Below the pieces are notes generated by a model. The model was not told where the DNA came from. It worked only from the letters and a program-made list of their open reading frames with translations, and did not search any database. Shown here in pieces: positions 61,621-64,000 of a stretch of 64,000 nt of DNA. This stretch comes from Zootoca vivipara. Its lineage: Eukaryota. A program made the translations under genes and the position numbers. The first letter of the stretch is position 1. The number at the start of each line of letters is the position of its first letter. The stretch covers positions 34,782,001-34,846,000 of the forward strand of contig NC_083283.1 of assembly GCF_963506605.1 (NCBI RefSeq), read 5' to 3'.

Positions 61621-61913
61621 AGCTAGACTGGTGACTGGGAGTGGCCGCCGAGAGCACATGACACTGGTCCTGAAAGACCTACATTGGTTCCCAGTACGTT
61701 TCTGAGCACAATTCAAAGTGTTGGTGCTGACCTTTAAAGCTCTAAACAGCCTCAGCCCAGTATACCTGAAAGAGCATCTCCACCCCCATTGTTCTGCCCA
61801 GACACTGAGGTCCAGGACTGAGGGCCTTCTGGCGGTTCCCTCACTGCGAAAAGCAAAGTTACAGGGAGCCAGGCAGAGGGCCTTCTTGGCAGTGGCGCCC
61901 GCCCTGTGGAACG
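61621..61913 (+). mobile_element. L2 LINE ORF2 fragment
   Basis: Near-identical to 40575-40820 and 10640-10900; FKALNSLSPVYLKEHL..AFLAVAPALWN. Confidence 0.9.
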
Positions 61914-62377
61914 CGGCGAAACCTGGAAGTAAACACTTCCAGGTTTGCCGTGTTCTTAACCTGAATAGACACAACCTGAAGCAGATACAACATGAGGAAT
62001 GACTGTAGTATCAAGGAGGGAGAGGTGGGGTACTCAGGAGGGGCCCACTGAGAACTTCTTGCCCAAGCCCACCCCGCAAACCTGGAAGCACCACAGTCCT
62101 GACACACTTTTCCTTTGACCGAAACGCTTTCAAAAAATGATGTGCTGGGTAAGACTCAGGGCACCAGCAGTTGGTCAAGTTGAACACTGGCCCAGCACCT
62201 AAGAAGAATCCTTCATCAGCACAACCCAACTTGCTGCCCTCCTCACAGGCCCCATAGGTTTCACACACCCATGAGCCTGGGCACTATATTTCAGGTAAAT
62301 TAAACCTGTCAGCAACCACCCCGGAGGCAAACTGAGCTTGGTTCCCACTCAAAAGGTACACTGCCACCCACCATTAG

Positions 62378-62819
62378 TGTCAAGTTCAGGAGTTATAGTC
62401 CTTTTATCACAGCATTATGTTGCAACACAAATAGACAACCCTACGCAAGGATATCAGTTGCCTACTCTGACTCCTCCTGACTTTCACAGAAAGAAGGGTG
62501 CCAAAGGGACGTCCCTCCCCTACCCCACATCTCCTTTCTTCTCTGACACATTCGGACCTCCGAGTTCGGGCGGAGGGAGGGGGTTCCCCCTCACTCTCGA
62601 TTGATGTATCGCTCAGTTTCTCCCTCCCTTCTGGTTGCTTAGCTACTATCTCATAGCTGGGGTACCTCCTCGCTAAACTGTGCAGCTTCTGTGTCTCTCT
62701 GTCTGTCTGCTTCTGGAAATGCTGGAAGCGGGGGGGGGGGTTCCTCCTCCTCTTCTGTTAGGTCCTGATCTTCCTGTGATTGCATTCCCCAATCTTCTGA
62801 TCCAGACCACCCCCTGACA
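62378..62819 (-). mobile_element. Solo LTR (442 bp, Gypsy-like)
   Basis: TGTCA...TGACA termini; 5-bp TSD ATTAG/ACTAG (62373-62377, 62820-62824); orientation inferred. Confidence 0.7.
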
Positions 62820-63294
62820 ACTAGATTGTCAGTCCCGGCAGGTTCCCATGAGGAAGGCAGTAAGTGGTGCTGCTGCCTCTGCCATGGCTGCATGGGTAGA
62901 AGGAAAAAATGTGACAGGATCCACAAGGACACACTCTCTGAGGAGCTGGCTTTAGGCACCAGGCCCTTTGGCAGACCAACTCTGTGATACAAAGATGTCT
63001 GTCTGCAAATGTGGCCCCTCCCCCCAGCAAATTTCAAGGACCTGGAGGGACAAAACAGGGAAAGTCCCATTGCACAAGCGGAAGATCATGCACAGGGCTT
63101 CTGCTGACAGGACTAGTTAGGTGAATTCCACCCATTGTGTATGACATTTTGTTGTCTATTGTATTGTAAAGTAAGGCTTTGATAGAGGGAGCTTGTCATG
63201 GACTCGTTGGACACAGAGGAATGGTGGGAGGAACCAGCTGGGATATACTGTAATTTTTAAATGGATATACTTTTAAAACACACGTTGACTAGCA

Positions 63295-63330
<36 letters not shown>

Positions 63331-63338
63331 ATGTGTGT
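63295..63338 (+). repeat. (TGTC)n/(TG)n microsatellite
   Basis: Direct reading. Confidence 0.9.
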
Positions 63339-64000
63339 GTTTAAAATAATAAATAAAAGAGAGAACTGCCATGTGGCCAAAATTATAATTCATTCCACCC
63401 CCACCAACCTCCCAAAAAACCACTCTGGCATATGGCAACCTTGCTCTTTTGTTTAGTGAACTTTTGCACTCGCCGCTTTCCCCCAGAGTTTCCCTGCATT
63501 TCCAACAGCAAACAAGCTGTGAGTTAGCATAAGAAAGCCTGATGGTCCATTCACTTGTTTCTGCTTGACGCCACCTGTGTATGCCTGAAAATGTTATCTT
63601 ATGTCCACTTTTCCTGAGGATGGTGAGGTCTTGCTCTTCCTAAAGCGATTATTTACTTCCACTGGAGCAATACCCTTGGAGAGGTTTGGTCCCCAAACTT
63701 GCCTGATTTTTTACACCAATTCATACACTTTGTCCCTGCATCTTTAGCATCTTAGTATTTATTAACAGCAGTAGCTGTGACTGAAAGTTACACTGCTGAG
63801 TTTCCCTCGTCTTCAAGATAAACGTAATGTGCTAAGTGGGAACACATTTGCAGTGCTTTGGCATCATTTATGCATGAGAGGATGCTTGATTCTAAGGCAT
63901 TTTTTAAAAAAATAAAAATAAAAATAAAACTCATTTTCTTTCCCTCCTTCTATGAAATCACCCCTTGGTGTCCTGAAGCTGTTTGTCAAATGTGTTATTG

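Noticed and set aside
62651-63070. 139-aa ORF with acidic/proline stretch
   Set aside because: Crosses the boundary of a solo LTR; low complexity, no recognisable domain.
1-64000. Naming the host gene or exact species
   Set aside because: No recognisable host coding exon; the lacertid assignment rests only on recalled repeat families.

Overview
Vertebrate, almost certainly squamate (lacertid-like, e.g. Podarcis) non-coding DNA: intronic or intergenic. The assignment is inferred from the repeat set: Sauria SINE/Squam1, Squam2- and Squam3-type SINEs, Bov-B (RTE), L2 with (TTA)n tails, CR1, L1, Penelope, solo LTRs, and many hAT, Tc1-mariner and Harbinger MITEs. I recognise no intact host protein-coding gene. 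Every long ORF is a retroelement remnant or a by-product of GC-rich tandem repeats or microsatellites. Repeat-free, motif-rich blocks (about 18.4-19.3, 28.5-29.2 and 50.1-53.1 kb) look like conserved regulatory DNA, and several orphan splice-site pairs may be exons of an unidentified host transcript. Best leads: (1) two minimal type I hammerhead ribozyme motifs in Penelope terminal repeats on the minus strand; (2) a ~1 kb non-autonomous Helitron that appears to carry captured promoter/first-exon-like DNA; (3) an L1 insertion with a probable 3' transduction; (4) a ~1.2 kb ORF-less element with L1-like ends; (5) sibling hAT MITEs that share ends but carry different fold-back CpG-rich cargo. Family names come from recalled consensus motifs, not database searches. 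I cannot claim a wholly new system from sequence alone.
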